Origin: Dehalococcoidia bacterium
GTDB taxonomy: Bacteria; Chloroflexota; Dehalococcoidia; UBA2979
DNA length: 64,000 bases
Assembly (NCBI GenBank): GCA_020634075.1
Contig: JACKCJ010000011.1
Span: 9,130-73,129, forward strand
Reading direction: 5' to 3'
Shown: positions 44,992 to 54,893 of the stretch, in pieces
Numbering within the stretch: the first letter of the stretch is position 1
How the letters are laid out: each line of letters begins with the position of its first letter
Translations under genes and position numbers: made by a program
The notes under the pieces: generated by a model
Database searches by the model: none
What the model was told of the DNA's origin: nothing
The model's input: the letters and a program-made list of their open reading frames with translations, nothing else

Positions 44992-45492
44992 TCAGGCGGT
45001 CGCCTTCTGGAGGCCCTTGCCCTTCTTCGGGGTGAGGATCTCCACGGGGTAGACCTTCTTCTTGAGCATCTCCCGCGGCGGGTCGATGTAGATGGCGGAC
45101 CACCCACACGACTGCTCGCAGAGGCGGCAGCCGACGCACTTCTTCGGGTCGACGGTCGCCATGCCGTAGTAGTCGTGGTGGTTCGGGGCGTCCTGCAGCG
45201 TGAGCGCCTCGAACGGGCAGATGTTCATGCACAGCTCACAGCCGGAGCCGATGCAGTTCTCCTCGACGATCTTCGCCAGGGGCAACTCGCGACGCGGGAA
45301 CGTGCGGCAGAGGTCGCCCATGTCGTCGAGGATCGCCTCGGGCGGGCAGACCGCGCCGCAGGCGCCGCAGTCGATGCAGACCTCGGCGTCGATGACGTGG
45401 ATTTCGTTACGGAGACCGGAGATCGCCTCGACCGGGCACTTCTTCACGCAGGCCGTACAGCCGATACAGGTCTCGATGATCTTGTAGGCCAA
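44992..45492 (-). CDS. Poly-ferredoxin (four 4Fe-4S binding motifs)
   Basis: CIGCTACVKKCP, CIDCGACGAVCP, CELCMNICP, CVGCRLCEQSC. Confidence 0.85.
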   Translation of the reverse strand: MAYKIIETCIGCTACVKKCPVEAISGLRNEIHVIDAEVCIDCGACGAVCPPEAILDDMGDLCRTFPRRELPLAKIVEENCIGSGCELCMNICPFEALTLQDAPNHHDYYGMATVDPKKCVGCRLCEQSCGWSAIYIDPPREMLKKKVYPVEILTPKKGKGLQKATA

Positions 45493-45669
45493 AGCAGCAC
45501 CTTCCGGTGGGTTGGGCCTCGCCTGGCGGCGCCATGTGCATAAGTCCGCCGGTGGCCCTGATGCGCTCCGCGCAACGTATCACCCGCCCCGGCCTGCATC
45601 AAGAATCGAGAAGCCGCCTACACCATTCTGGCGAGGGTTTCTCGAAGCCCGCTCGAGTCCGCGCCTCGG

Positions 45670-46056
45670 TCACTCGGGGAAGCAGGCGACCAGCTGATTC
45701 ACGTCCACGGGCGGCTCGAGGATCTCGACCTGGAGGATGCCGGCGTCGTCCGGGTTCATCTCGGGCTCGGGCACGATGACGATGCGGCTCTCGGGCGCGG
45801 CGTCGCGGAGCTTCGCCGCGAACGTGGCGACGCCGACGCCCGGCCCGCCCGCGACGACGACGTCGTAGCGCGCCTGGCGCAGCCAGCGCAGGGCGTACTC
45901 GGGCTCCGCGCCCACGTCCACGGTTAGCCCCATCTCCTGGAGGATGAGCGTGGTCGCGACGGCCGCGCGGGCGTTCGTCATGATCACGAGGCCAGACCGC
46001 GTGGCGGTCCGGTCGCTCCAGGGGACGGGTGCGAACCACCCCTCGAACAAGGTCAT
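45670..46056 (-). CDS. Receiver-fold protein lacking the acidic phospho-acceptor pocket (pseudo-receiver), tentative
   Basis: GGAGG SD 9 nt before the ATG at 46056. The beta-alpha pattern LVIMTNA...YDVVVAGG...RIVIV resembles CheY, but the DD and D positions are replaced. Confidence 0.45.
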   Translation of the reverse strand: MTLFEGWFAPVPWSDRTATRSGLVIMTNARAAVATTLILQEMGLTVDVGAEPEYALRWLRQARYDVVVAGGPGVGVATFAAKLRDAAPESRIVIVPEPEMNPDDAGILQVEILEPPVDVNQLVACFPE

Positions 46057-46177
46057 CGTTTGCCGCCTCCGAGGTGATATTCGGCGGTCAGATGTCACTC
46101 AGTAGCAGCGCCACGGCCGCGGCCTGACGAGGTTCTGCCAGACCTGAGGGCCACGCGCTCGCTGGTAGACTGGCCCC

Positions 46178-46603
46178 ATGAACCCCATCGGCGCCCTGCC
46201 TTCGATTCAGCGAAACGTGGGTGCCCTCCGCCGGCATGGGTTCCGTCTTCACCTTCGCCGTCTGACCCAGGCTCCGCGCGTTGACCTTGCGTCTGGCCAG
46301 GGAGCATCCATCGGGGCGGGCGAGCGCACGCTGGCGCTCCGAGGCGTCGTGTGCGGGGTCTGTGCCGCTCGTACCGAGAGCGCGCTGACCTCCGTGCCCG
46401 GCGTCGAGTCGGCAAGCGTGGACCTGGACGGATCGCGTGCGGTCGTGCGCCTCTCCCCGGGCGCCGAGGTGGACGCGGCGACGCTGCAGCGAGCGCTGGA
46501 GCGCGTGGTGGTCGGGATGGGCGCCAGACGACGGATCGAGGGCCTCGTGGGGCGCCTCGGCAACCTCGCGGGGAGGACCTCATGGCAGCGAAGTTCCAGG
46601 TAG
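46178..46603 (+). CDS. Heavy-metal-associated (HMA) domain protein, CopZ-like, with N- and C-terminal extensions
   Basis: LALRGVVCGVCAARTESALTSVPGVESASVDLDGSRAVV contains the MxCxxC-type motif. Start uncertain. The 3' end overlaps nfo by 22 nt. Confidence 0.6.
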   Translation: MNPIGALPSIQRNVGALRRHGFRLHLRRLTQAPRVDLASGQGASIGAGERTLALRGVVCGVCAARTESALTSVPGVESASVDLDGSRAVVRLSPGAEVDAATLQRALERVVVGMGARRRIEGLVGRLGNLAGRTSWQRSSR

Positions 46604-47496
46604 GCGGGCACGTCTCCGCCTCCGGTGGCCTGTATCGAGCACTCGAACGCGCCCAGGAGCGCGAGCTGGAGGCGGTGCAGCTCTTCGTGAGCGCGCCTCA
46701 GACGTGGCGGGCGACGAAGCACACCGATGCCGACGTCGAGAAGTTCCGCGAGATGCACGCGGAGTCCGGCCTGGGCGAGGTCTGGATCCACAACATCTAC
46801 CTCGCGAACCTCGCGACGGAGACGGACGAGCAACTCGAGAAGTCGCTCGGCTCCGTCATCAACGCCATGCAGGTCGCCGAGCGGATCGGCGCGCAGGGCG
46901 TCGTGCTCCACACCGGCTCCCACAAGGGCCAGGGGATGGAGGCCGTCCTCGAGCAGGTCGTCGGCGCGATCCACACGATCTTCGAGCAGGCGCCCGGCGA
47001 TGCCGTGCTCGCCCTCGAGACGATGGCGGGGCAGGGCGGCGCGATCGGCACGTACTTCGAGGAGCTCGGCGCGATCATCGGCGAGGTGAAGTCGCCGCGC
47101 CTGAAGACCTGCCTGGACACCGCTCACACCTTCGCCGCGGGGTACGCGATCCATACGCCCGAGGGGCTCGATGACGCGATGGCGGAGTTCGACCGCCACA
47201 TCGGCCTCGACCTGCTCGCCGTGATCCACGCGAACGACTCGAAGATCGCGCTCGGCGGCTTCCGCGACCGACACGAGAACATCGGCGACGGCCACATCGG
47301 CACGTCCGGGTTCGAGGCGATGGCCGCGCACCCGGCGTTCCAGGACAAGGCGTGGCTGCTCGAGGTGCCCGGCATCGCGAGCGAGGAGCACCCGAAGGGC
47401 GACGGTCCCGATCCGGAGAACGCCAGCCGCCTGAAGGCGATCCGTGACCGGGTCACAGTAAAGAAGCCGTCGAAGAAGAAGGCCGCCTCGCGCTAG
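46582..47496 (+). CDS. nfo: Deoxyribonuclease IV (endonuclease IV)
   Basis: GGGGAGGA SD. WIHNIYLANLA, VLHTGSH, LETMAG, CLDTAHTFAAGY, HANDS. Confidence 0.92.
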   Translation: MAAKFQVGGHVSASGGLYRALERAQERELEAVQLFVSAPQTWRATKHTDADVEKFREMHAESGLGEVWIHNIYLANLATETDEQLEKSLGSVINAMQVAERIGAQGVVLHTGSHKGQGMEAVLEQVVGAIHTIFEQAPGDAVLALETMAGQGGAIGTYFEELGAIIGEVKSPRLKTCLDTAHTFAAGYAIHTPEGLDDAMAEFDRHIGLDLLAVIHANDSKIALGGFRDRHENIGDGHIGTSGFEAMAAHPAFQDKAWLLEVPGIASEEHPKGDGPDPENASRLKAIRDRVTVKKPSKKKAASR

Positions 47497-47554
47497 CCGT
47501 CGGAGGTCAGCGCGCCGACTGGTTGTGCGCCGGTCGAGCAAGCCCCACAACCAA

Positions 47555-47579
47555 CGAGGCCCCGCACTGCGGGGCCTCG
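47555..47579. terminator. Bidirectional terminator hairpin between convergent genes
   Basis: CGAGGCCCCGC-act-GCGGGGCCTCG forms an 11-bp perfect stem. Confidence 0.6.
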
Positions 47580-47601
47580 CCGTATCGGTCGTCGAGGAAG
47601 G

Positions 47602-47922
47602 TCAGGAGGGGCGGACGCTCCGCGGGGAGCCGGCCATGGTGCGGAACTCGTCCTCCCAGTGGAGGATCTCGCGGATGATGAACTCCGAGACGGCGCCCTC
47701 CTGCGTGGGCACGTCCGGGTCATCCTCGAACACCTTCATGACCCGTGCCGCCATCGAGGCGTGATCCATCTCCGGGTCGCCGACCTCCTCGCGGATCTTC
47801 TCCTCCGTGACGATGACGAGGTCACACAGCTCGGAGGGGATGAAACCGCCGAGTTCCTCGCTGACCATCTCAGCGATCCAGTCGGCGCCTTCTTCGAGTG
47901 TCTTTCGGTCGAGCGACATCAT
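47602..47922 (-). CDS. Acidic hypothetical protein (106 aa)
   Basis: High GC3 and Glu/Asp-rich helical composition. No motif recognised. Confidence 0.55.
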   Translation of the reverse strand: MMSLDRKTLEEGADWIAEMVSEELGGFIPSELCDLVIVTEEKIREEVGDPEMDHASMAARVMKVFEDDPDVPTQEGAVSEFIIREILHWEDEFRTMAGSPRSVRPS

Positions 47923-48209
47923 CGGCCTCTCGCTGCTGCCCGTTGTGACGTGCGACGGGCGACTTCGGTCTCGCAGAGGGTAAGCAACGGTGAGGCGGTC
48001 GCTCCACCCCTCGGGACACCGAGTTCGAGAGAGGAGCGCTCGAGGTTCGGCGAGGCCTCATCAACCTGGTGATGGACAGACTCTTACGTTGACGGGAGGG
48101 TTTCCTCCAACATACGATTCGTATGTCATCGCATACGTCATCGGGCTGGCCGACGGCGCACCCTCCTTCCCCGGGTGTACCAGAGCCCCCTCAGCGATCG
48201 AGGAATCTC

Positions 48210-49658
48210 ATGGCCGGTCCCGCGATGGGCGCACCCGGGCGACCGGGTGCCGGCGCCGCAATGGGGCAGTCCCGCCCCTCCATGCGCAAGGCCCTCGAGG
48301 TCTTCCAGTACCGTCACTACCGCTTCCTGTGGGCGTCATCGACGTTCTCGTTCACCGGCATGCAGATGCAGCAGGTGGCGCGGGCGCTGCTCGCGTGGGA
48401 GCTCACCGAGTCGTTCGCCGCGTCGGGCGCGATCGCCCTGTCGTTCGGCCTCCCGATGCTGCTCTTCGCGCTCGTCGGCGGCTCGCTCGCGGACCGCATG
48501 GAGAAGCGCAACCTCACGCTGATGACGCAGGCCTCCACCGGCCTGCTGGCGCTACTGACCGCCGTGATGGTCGCGACGGACACGATCACCTTCGAGATCC
48601 TGTTCATCATCGGGCTCGTGCAGGGGACGTTCTTCGCCTTCGGTATGCCCGCGCGCATGCCGCTGATGGCGGAGGTCGTGGGCCCCTCGAACGTCATGAG
48701 CGCCATCGCCATGTCGAACGCCGCGATGAACTTCACGCGCCTCTTCGGCCCGGCGATCGCGGGCGTCCTCGTCGCCGTGTCCGGGATCGCGATGGCGTAC
48801 TTCGTGATGGCCGGCCTGTACGTCTTCTCGACGGCCCTGCTGCTGATGGTGCCGACGGGCCTCTCGGCGGTGGCGCGCGCCCAGCGCGAGGCGGCCGGCG
48901 GCGGTGCTGCCGGACCGATGGGACGCTCGCGGCCGCAGGGCAGCATGCTCAAGGAGATCGGCGGCGGCCTCCACTACGTGTGGACCACGCCGCGCCTGCG
49001 CCTGCTCATCGGGATGATGTTCATCATCACCCTCTTCGCGATGCCCTACGTCATCCTGCTCGCCGGGTACGTCCAGGAGGACCTCGGCCGCTCGAAGGCC
49101 GACTTCGGTTGGCTGCAGTCGATCTCCGGCATCGGCGCGCTGGTCGCCTCGCTGGCCGTGGCGACGCTGACGGACTTCAACCGCAAGCCGCTGGTTCAGT
49201 GGATCACCGGTGTTGCCTCGGGCGTCGGCATGCTGCTCCTGGCGTGGCCGCTCGGGCTTGGCTACGCGGGCGTCATCGTGGCGGTGATCGTGCTCGGCGC
49301 GGCCACCACCGGCTACCAGACCCTCAACAACACCATGGTGATGGGCGAGTCGGATCCCGAGTACTACGGGCGGGTGATGAGCATCAACATGCTCACCTTC
49401 TCCGTGATGCCGCTGATGTCCGCGCCGCTCGGCGTCCTCGCCGACGTGATCACGGCGGAGGCGACGTTCGCCCTCATGGGCGGCGTGATCATCGTGATCA
49501 TGCTGTTCCTCGGCCTCACGAACTCCAGCTACACCTTCGGCACCGAGGAGCCTCGACGCTTCGAGCCGCGCCCGGTGCCAGCTGTCCCTGCGGCCGGCCA
49601 GCCGTCGGCCGGACAGCCGGAGGCTGCGCCGGCGGGTGCTGGTGGCGGCGGAGACTAA
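48210..49658 (+). CDS. MFS transporter (MFS_3 / enterobactin-exporter-like)
   Basis: The ATG at 48210 is preceded by GAGGAA. YRHYRFLWASSTFSFTGMQM, LADRMEKR, 12 TM helices. The upstream in-frame ATG at 48123 is the ORF-track start. Confidence 0.85.
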   Translation: MAGPAMGAPGRPGAGAAMGQSRPSMRKALEVFQYRHYRFLWASSTFSFTGMQMQQVARALLAWELTESFAASGAIALSFGLPMLLFALVGGSLADRMEKRNLTLMTQASTGLLALLTAVMVATDTITFEILFIIGLVQGTFFAFGMPARMPLMAEVVGPSNVMSAIAMSNAAMNFTRLFGPAIAGVLVAVSGIAMAYFVMAGLYVFSTALLLMVPTGLSAVARAQREAAGGGAAGPMGRSRPQGSMLKEIGGGLHYVWTTPRLRLLIGMMFIITLFAMPYVILLAGYVQEDLGRSKADFGWLQSISGIGALVASLAVATLTDFNRKPLVQWITGVASGVGMLLLAWPLGLGYAGVIVAVIVLGAATTGYQTLNNTMVMGESDPEYYGRVMSINMLTFSVMPLMSAPLGVLADVITAEATFALMGGVIIVIMLFLGLTNSSYTFGTEEPRRFEPRPVPAVPAAGQPSAGQPEAAPAGAGGGGD

Positions 49659-49708
49659 CGCGGACCCCGAGGTCGGCGCTAACGGCGGCCTCGGACGATC
49701 GGACGTGA

Positions 49709-49740
49709 CGACGGGCTCCCGCGAGGGGGCCCGTCGCTTT
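49709..49740 (+). terminator. Intrinsic terminator after the MFS gene
   Basis: GACGGGCTCCC-gcga-GGGGGCCCGTC forms an 11-bp stem with one G-U pair, followed by GCTTTC. Confidence 0.6.
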
Positions 49741-49822
49741 CGGCGCTCATCAGCAGGGTTGCTCCCCGGACGTACCATCCACGACAACGCCCAACACAAA
49801 CGTGGTACCCGGAGGCCCGCTC

Positions 49823-51184
49823 ATGGCCTGGCGAGATGAGTACGACCAGAAGCTGATGTCCTTCACGGACGCGGCGAGACTGATCCGCGCGGGAGACGTC
49901 GTCTACACGCCGATCGGCGGCGACGCACGGAGCTTCATGCCGGCGGTGTTCGCCCGCATCGCGGAGCTCGACTTCAACGTCCGTGTCCGTGCCTGCGCGC
50001 CCCAGGCGCAGGACTGGTTCCTCCCGGAGTACTGGGACCTGCCGATCGAGTTCTCCGTGGAGATCTTCGGCGGCAACCTCTCCCGGGCCGCCCTCGCCGC
50101 GCGGCGCGCCGACTTCTATCCGCAGCTCTTCTCGAACCAGTTCAACCTGTACGACTCGCGCCCGGACGACCAGGAGCCGATCGACGTCTTCATCGCCCAC
50201 TGCACGCCCCCGGACGACGAGGGCTACGTGACGTTCGGCGGGATGCCCTGGCACAAGGGCGACTTCACGCGTCGCGCCGACCGCACCATCCTCGAGGTGT
50301 CCCCGTGGCTGCCGAACGTGCGGACCACGGAGCGCGTGCACGTCTCCGAGGTGGCGGCCTTCGTGATGACCGAGCTCACCGAGCGCCCGGCCGTCGCGGT
50401 GACGGTGCCGCCGCCGGAGACGATCACCATCGCCGGCTATGTGAACGAGATCGTGCAGGACGGCGACACCTGCCAGATTGGCGCCGGCCGCACCGCGACG
50501 CACCTCGTGCCGTCGGGGGCGTTCGCCGGGAAGCGCGACATTGGCTGGCACTCGGAGATCACGCCCCTCGGCGTGGTGCCGCTGATGATGTCTGGCGTGA
50601 TCAACAACTCCCGGAAGAGCGTCGACACCGGCGTCGGCGTCACCACCACCGTGAGCCCTCGTAGCGACGAGGAGCACGAGTGGCTCGAGACCTCGGGCCT
50701 CCTCGACACGCGGCCCGTGCGCGAGGTGAACTCGATCGTGAACGTGGCGGCGCAGGAGCGCATGTGCTCCATCAACAACGCCTTCGCGGTCGACCTCACC
50801 GGCCAGATCTGCGCCGAGTCGCTCGGGACGGTCGTCTACAACGGCACCGGCGGCCAGCCCGAGTTCCACATCGGTGCGTTCATCGCCCCGAAGGGAAAGG
50901 CGATCACCGTGACGCCCTCGGCGGCCGCGGACGGCCTCGTCTCGCGCATCCTCCCGAGGATCGAGGACGGCCAGTTCGTGACCGTGACGCGCTCCTTCGC
51001 GGACCACGTCGTCACGGAGTACGGCATCGCCCGCCTCGCCGGGCGGAGCCAGCGCCAGCGCGCGGAGAACCTCATCGCGATCGCTCACCCCGACCACCGC
51101 GGCGAGCTGCGGCGTGCGCGGCAGATCCAGTTCTTCCCGAACGTCGAGCTGGGAATCGAGGCCGAAGCCGAGGCCAGCAGTTAG
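49823..51184 (+). CDS. Acetyl-CoA hydrolase/transferase family protein (4-hydroxybutyrate CoA-transferase-like)
   Basis: GGAGG SD. FAVDLTGQICAESLG and QPEFHIGA. Length and N-terminal pattern MSFTDAARLIRAGDVV fit the family. Confidence 0.75.
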   Translation: MAWRDEYDQKLMSFTDAARLIRAGDVVYTPIGGDARSFMPAVFARIAELDFNVRVRACAPQAQDWFLPEYWDLPIEFSVEIFGGNLSRAALAARRADFYPQLFSNQFNLYDSRPDDQEPIDVFIAHCTPPDDEGYVTFGGMPWHKGDFTRRADRTILEVSPWLPNVRTTERVHVSEVAAFVMTELTERPAVAVTVPPPETITIAGYVNEIVQDGDTCQIGAGRTATHLVPSGAFAGKRDIGWHSEITPLGVVPLMMSGVINNSRKSVDTGVGVTTTVSPRSDEEHEWLETSGLLDTRPVREVNSIVNVAAQERMCSINNAFAVDLTGQICAESLGTVVYNGTGGQPEFHIGAFIAPKGKAITVTPSAAADGLVSRILPRIEDGQFVTVTRSFADHVVTEYGIARLAGRSQRQRAENLIAIAHPDHRGELRRARQIQFFPNVELGIEAEAEASS

Positions 51185-51193
51185 CCGCCCGCC

Positions 51194-52408
51194 CTAGGGG
51201 CGGATGCGCTCGCCGGTATCGACCACCTCGAACGCGGAGCCGGGGACGGACTTGAGCTGATTCAGGTCGTCGTCGTTCCAGCGTGGATCGGTGGCGCCGC
51301 TGACGTACCAGTTCGAGCCGTTGTCGGCGACGATCAGCCCGTAGTCCCGCATCGCCTCCAGGAGCACCCGGGCGTGCCCGGTGTAACCGCTGAGGTCGAA
51401 GTCCGACCGGAGTCGCAGGCGGAGGCCCATCGGCGGCGCGTCGGGATCGGTCACGCTGCTCGCGTAGTGCGTCGCGGGGTGGATGTACGCGCGCTGCGTG
51501 CGCGCGAACGTGACCCGCAGGGCGTGCTCGACGCGACCGGACGCCACCTCGTCGTACCGTGCGAGTCCCGCGAAGATCGGCAGGCCCGCAGCGTCCGCCG
51601 AGGTCCAACCGTCCGGCCTCAGGTGGTTCGAGTCGAGGTCGAAGACCGCGCCGGAGCCGGCGTGCCAGCCGGCGCCCTGCCGCTCGGCGGCGAAGAGCTC
51701 GTACAGCTCGCAGTCGCCGTCCTGCACGACGATCACGTGCGCGTCCGACCCTGCTTCGACCGGAGCGTCCGCGGGAATCGGGTACGGGCCCGGGTCACTC
51801 TCGTCCTCGTAGTCGAAGGTCACCGGCACCCTCGGCTGGTTCGACGGCACCACGGTCCACGGGATGCCGTAGTCCGGGTTCTCGCCGAAGTCGGCGTGGA
51901 GGAACTGGTTGCCGGACAGGCCCTCGAGGTAGGTCATGTACCGGTCCGAGTTCGGATGCGCGGGGAGCTCGTCGACGCGCTGCGCCCACGCGTTGTCGTC
52001 CGGGAAGAGCGTGCACGAGGTGCCCTCGATGCTCCGCGCGCCCGTTGGCGGCGCCTGCTCGCGGACGATGCACACGACGAGCACCGGCCCGGACGGCATC
52101 GCACCGCCCGGGAAGAGCGAGAGGAACGACTGGTTCGCGAAGTCTGGGGAGGCGGGTGCGTAGCCGCGGAAGCGCCCGTCGCGGGTGACCCAGATCGAGG
52201 TGGCGTAGCAGCCGAGGGCATCCGCCGCCGCGACGAGCTCCTGCGGGGTGCCGCCGCCCCATTGCACGAGCGAGACGCCGTCCGCGGCCAGCTGGCCCTC
52301 GATCGTTCCCGGCGCGACCTGCGCCTCGACGTCCGCCGCTCCGGGCGGGAGCGCGACGAGGGCGAACGCAAGCAGCGCGGCGAGCGTGGGCAGGCGCAGA
52401 CGGCGCAC
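51194..52408 (-). CDS. Secreted protein, function unknown
   Basis: Signal peptide MRRLRLPTLAALLAFALVALPPGAA. 404 aa with high GC3. No catalytic motif recognised. Confidence 0.65.
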   Translation of the reverse strand: MRRLRLPTLAALLAFALVALPPGAADVEAQVAPGTIEGQLAADGVSLVQWGGGTPQELVAAADALGCYATSIWVTRDGRFRGYAPASPDFANQSFLSLFPGGAMPSGPVLVVCIVREQAPPTGARSIEGTSCTLFPDDNAWAQRVDELPAHPNSDRYMTYLEGLSGNQFLHADFGENPDYGIPWTVVPSNQPRVPVTFDYEDESDPGPYPIPADAPVEAGSDAHVIVVQDGDCELYELFAAERQGAGWHAGSGAVFDLDSNHLRPDGWTSADAAGLPIFAGLARYDEVASGRVEHALRVTFARTQRAYIHPATHYASSVTDPDAPPMGLRLRLRSDFDLSGYTGHARVLLEAMRDYGLIVADNGSNWYVSGATDPRWNDDDLNQLKSVPGSAFEVVDTGERIRP

Positions 52409-52471
52409 GGGTGTCCTCCGGACGACCGGCCGACCCGAGGGAATCCTAGCGAACGGCCTTGCCCGCGGGGG

Positions 52472-53443
52472 CTACTCCGCCGGGCGGATCTGGGCCTGGA
52501 ACTCGCGCCACTCACCGGCGGACATGCCCACGTCCTTCGCCGTCACGTCCTCGCCCGCGAGCATGCGGCGGAGGGCCTCCATGCCCTGCTTCGAGATCTG
52601 CGCGCTACCGAGCCGGTAGTTCACGAACGACGAGTGCGTCATCGGCACCCAGCGCTCGAGGACATCCGTGAGGACATCGGCGTAGACACGGATCTCGTAC
52701 TGCGCGTGGGCGTCGGCTCGGAGGCGCAGGAAGTGCAGGAGGTTGTGGAGGTCGGTCTTCCAGTACCACTGCGTGTAGAAGTTCAGCGAGAGGTTCATCC
52801 GCGCCAGCTCGCGTGCGACCTGCGCCCGGCTCTCGTCGCGCGGGGCGCCCTCGGGGCCCTCGTTCAGGAGCTCCTCGTAGTGCGCGTAGGAGCGGAGGGC
52901 GTCGTCGCGGAGGATCTCCTGGACGCGCATCGCCTCGTCGCGGTCGAGCACCTCGCCGCGTCCCTGCCGGTTCGTCGAGGACTGCACGGCGATCTGCTCG
53001 GGCGCGGGGATGTAGAACTCGTTGTCGAGGATCGAGTAACGCGCCGAGTACTCGTTCACGTTCGCGGTGCGGTGACGGATCCACTGGCGCGCGACGAAGA
53101 TCGGCAGCTTCACGTGGAGCTTGATCTCGCACATCTCGAAGGGGGAGGTGTGCCAGTTCCGCATGAGGTAGTTGATGAGTCCCTGGTCGTCGCGCTGGCG
53201 CTTCGTGCCCTTGCCGTAGGAGACCCGGGCGGCCTGCACGACGGCAGCGTCGTCGCCCATGTAGTCGATCACGCGTACGAAGCCGTGGTCCAGGACCGGG
53301 AGCGGCTCGTAGAGGATCTCCTCGAGCGCCTCGACGGTGGCGCGGCGCGTCTGGTGCTGGACGCTGCGCGCTTCATCGATCTCCGCGCGCTGCTCGGGCG
53401 TGATGCCGTGCAGGTCGGATCCGGTGCGGTTCGAGGATTCCAT
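52472..53443 (-). CDS. thyX: FAD-dependent thymidylate synthase ThyX
   Basis: Start MESSNRTG at 53443. ThyX motif [26 protein letters not shown]. Confidence 0.9.
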   Translation of the reverse strand: MESSNRTGSDLHGITPEQRAEIDEARSVQHQTRRATVEALEEILYEPLPVLDHGFVRVIDYMGDDAAVVQAARVSYGKGTKRQRDDQGLINYLMRNWHTSPFEMCEIKLHVKLPIFVARQWIRHRTANVNEYSARYSILDNEFYIPAPEQIAVQSSTNRQGRGEVLDRDEAMRVQEILRDDALRSYAHYEELLNEGPEGAPRDESRAQVARELARMNLSLNFYTQWYWKTDLHNLLHFLRLRADAHAQYEIRVYADVLTDVLERWVPMTHSSFVNYRLGSAQISKQGMEALRRMLAGEDVTAKDVGMSAGEWREFQAQIRPAE

Positions 53444-53624
53444 GGTGGTCACGCTACTGCTCCGTGCGGGGTGGCCGGGAGCGCATGAGCGAGGCGAGAG
53501 GCGTCGGCGTGCCTCGGGGAGATCGTCCTGCCCTCTCGTCGGGGGACGTGCAGCGAGCATAGCGCCGCGGCGGGGCGAGGTCGAAGCCCGCCCGGCGCTC
53601 AGGCGCTTCGTGCCGGTGCTGTTG

Positions 53625-53861
53625 CTAGCGGGAGGTGTGCAGGCCCTGGCGCTCGGCGCGGGCACGCGCGTGCTCGTTGGGATCCCACAGGCCGCACTCG
53701 GTCTCGACGTCCTCGAGGAACGGACCGACGCAGTCCTGGCCGTCACGCACGATGTGCGAGCAGAGCATGGCGTACGGGTCGAGGCGGGACGAGTCGATCG
53801 TCCGGCGGAGCCATACGCAGTCCACGGCGAGCCTGGGGAGTTGAGCCATCACGGGCAGCAT
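53625..53861 (-). CDS. Small Cys-containing hypothetical protein (about 78 aa)
   Basis: Very high GC3 in this frame. Four Cys: DCVW...MLCSH...QDCVG...TECGLW. Start at 53861 or 53849. Confidence 0.5.
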   Translation of the reverse strand: MLPVMAQLPRLAVDCVWLRRTIDSSRLDPYAMLCSHIVRDGQDCVGPFLEDVETECGLWDPNEHARARAERQGLHTSR

Positions 53862-53901
53862 ACGTCCCTCGTCCCCGTGATGCGACCGACCGAGCGAGCG
53901 A

Positions 53902-54498
53902 ATGAGCGGCGTGATCCTCGGCGGTAGGATTGGAGCGAAGCGAGGGCGAGCGATGACCTCCGATCCCGACCAGCGCAGCGAGTGGGATGCTCGGCGCCCC
54001 TGGCCGCGCTTCACTCAGCGTCCGGCATCGACGCCTCCGCACGCGCCCGGGCCCTACGAGCCGTGGCCGCGCTGGGGCTGGTTCCCCCGCGAGCAGCGCT
54101 CGTGGACCTTCGCGCCGGCGCCGAACCTCGCGGCCCCCGAGCTCGTCGCTCCGCCCCCACCACTCGAGCTGCCGTCGCCCGCCGCCACGGACGGTCCGGG
54201 GGAGGCAGAGGCGCCTCGCGGGACGGCCGAGGAGGCCGCGGCGACCGCAGTGACCGAGGTGACCACTGAACCCGAGCCGTCTCCGGTCCGCGCCACGCTG
54301 CCGCCCGAGGGCCGCGCCGAGGTGGCCGAGCCGGAGTTGCTGCCAGTCCGTCGGTCGCCGTCGTTGGCCCTCGTGCCGGTGCGCTCGGGCGAGGTCACGC
54401 TCTCCGAGGTCGCGCGGGCGGTGCGGAAGGTCGCGCCCGCCGCGGCGGTGGTGGGCGCTGCGGCCGCTGCCGCGATGGCATTGTTTCGGCGCCGTTAA
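53902..54498 (+). CDS. Pro/Ala/Glu-rich protein with C-terminal TM anchor
   Basis: Low-complexity body and terminal hydrophobic segment VAPAAAVVGAAAAAAMALF. Start at 53902 or 53953. Confidence 0.45.
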   Translation: MSGVILGGRIGAKRGRAMTSDPDQRSEWDARRPWPRFTQRPASTPPHAPGPYEPWPRWGWFPREQRSWTFAPAPNLAAPELVAPPPPLELPSPAATDGPGEAEAPRGTAEEAAATAVTEVTTEPEPSPVRATLPPEGRAEVAEPELLPVRRSPSLALVPVRSGEVTLSEVARAVRKVAPAAAVVGAAAAAAMALFRRR

Positions 54499-54749
54499 CG
54501 CTCACAGCGCCGGCGCGTTCTCTCACCCACGTTTCACAACCACGCAACAACCGCGCAACCGTCAGTCAACGAACGCGCCGGAAGATGCCTTCGTTCCCTC
54601 GGAGAAGACGCCAGAACAGGCGTCACCGCATCGGGAATCCAGTGTCAGAAAGCCCGGTCAGTGAGCCGGGAGAGTGCACCGGAATGGACGGAGGCTGGCC
54701 ATGATTCTGCGCACGCATGCCCCGCTGCCGCGGCGCGCTGTCGCGCGTC

Positions 54750-54893
54750 ATGGACATCGGTGAGATCTACTACTCGTGTGTCCACTGCGGCCACACGGTC
54801 TACGGCTCGCTGCCCTCGGTGAACGTCGTCCCGCGCGAGACGCGATGGGAGGGCCGGCAGCCGAGGACCGCGCCGCGGTCCGCCGCCGGATGA
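54750..54893 (+). CDS. Possible 47-codon ORF with one CxxC (YYSCVHCGHTVYG), very tentative
   Basis: GC3 is about 90% in this frame, inside an otherwise gene-free 520-nt convergent gap. There is no clear SD. It could be a remnant of a decayed gene. Confidence 0.25.
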   Translation: MDIGEIYYSCVHCGHTVYGSLPSVNVVPRETRWEGRQPRTAPRSAAG

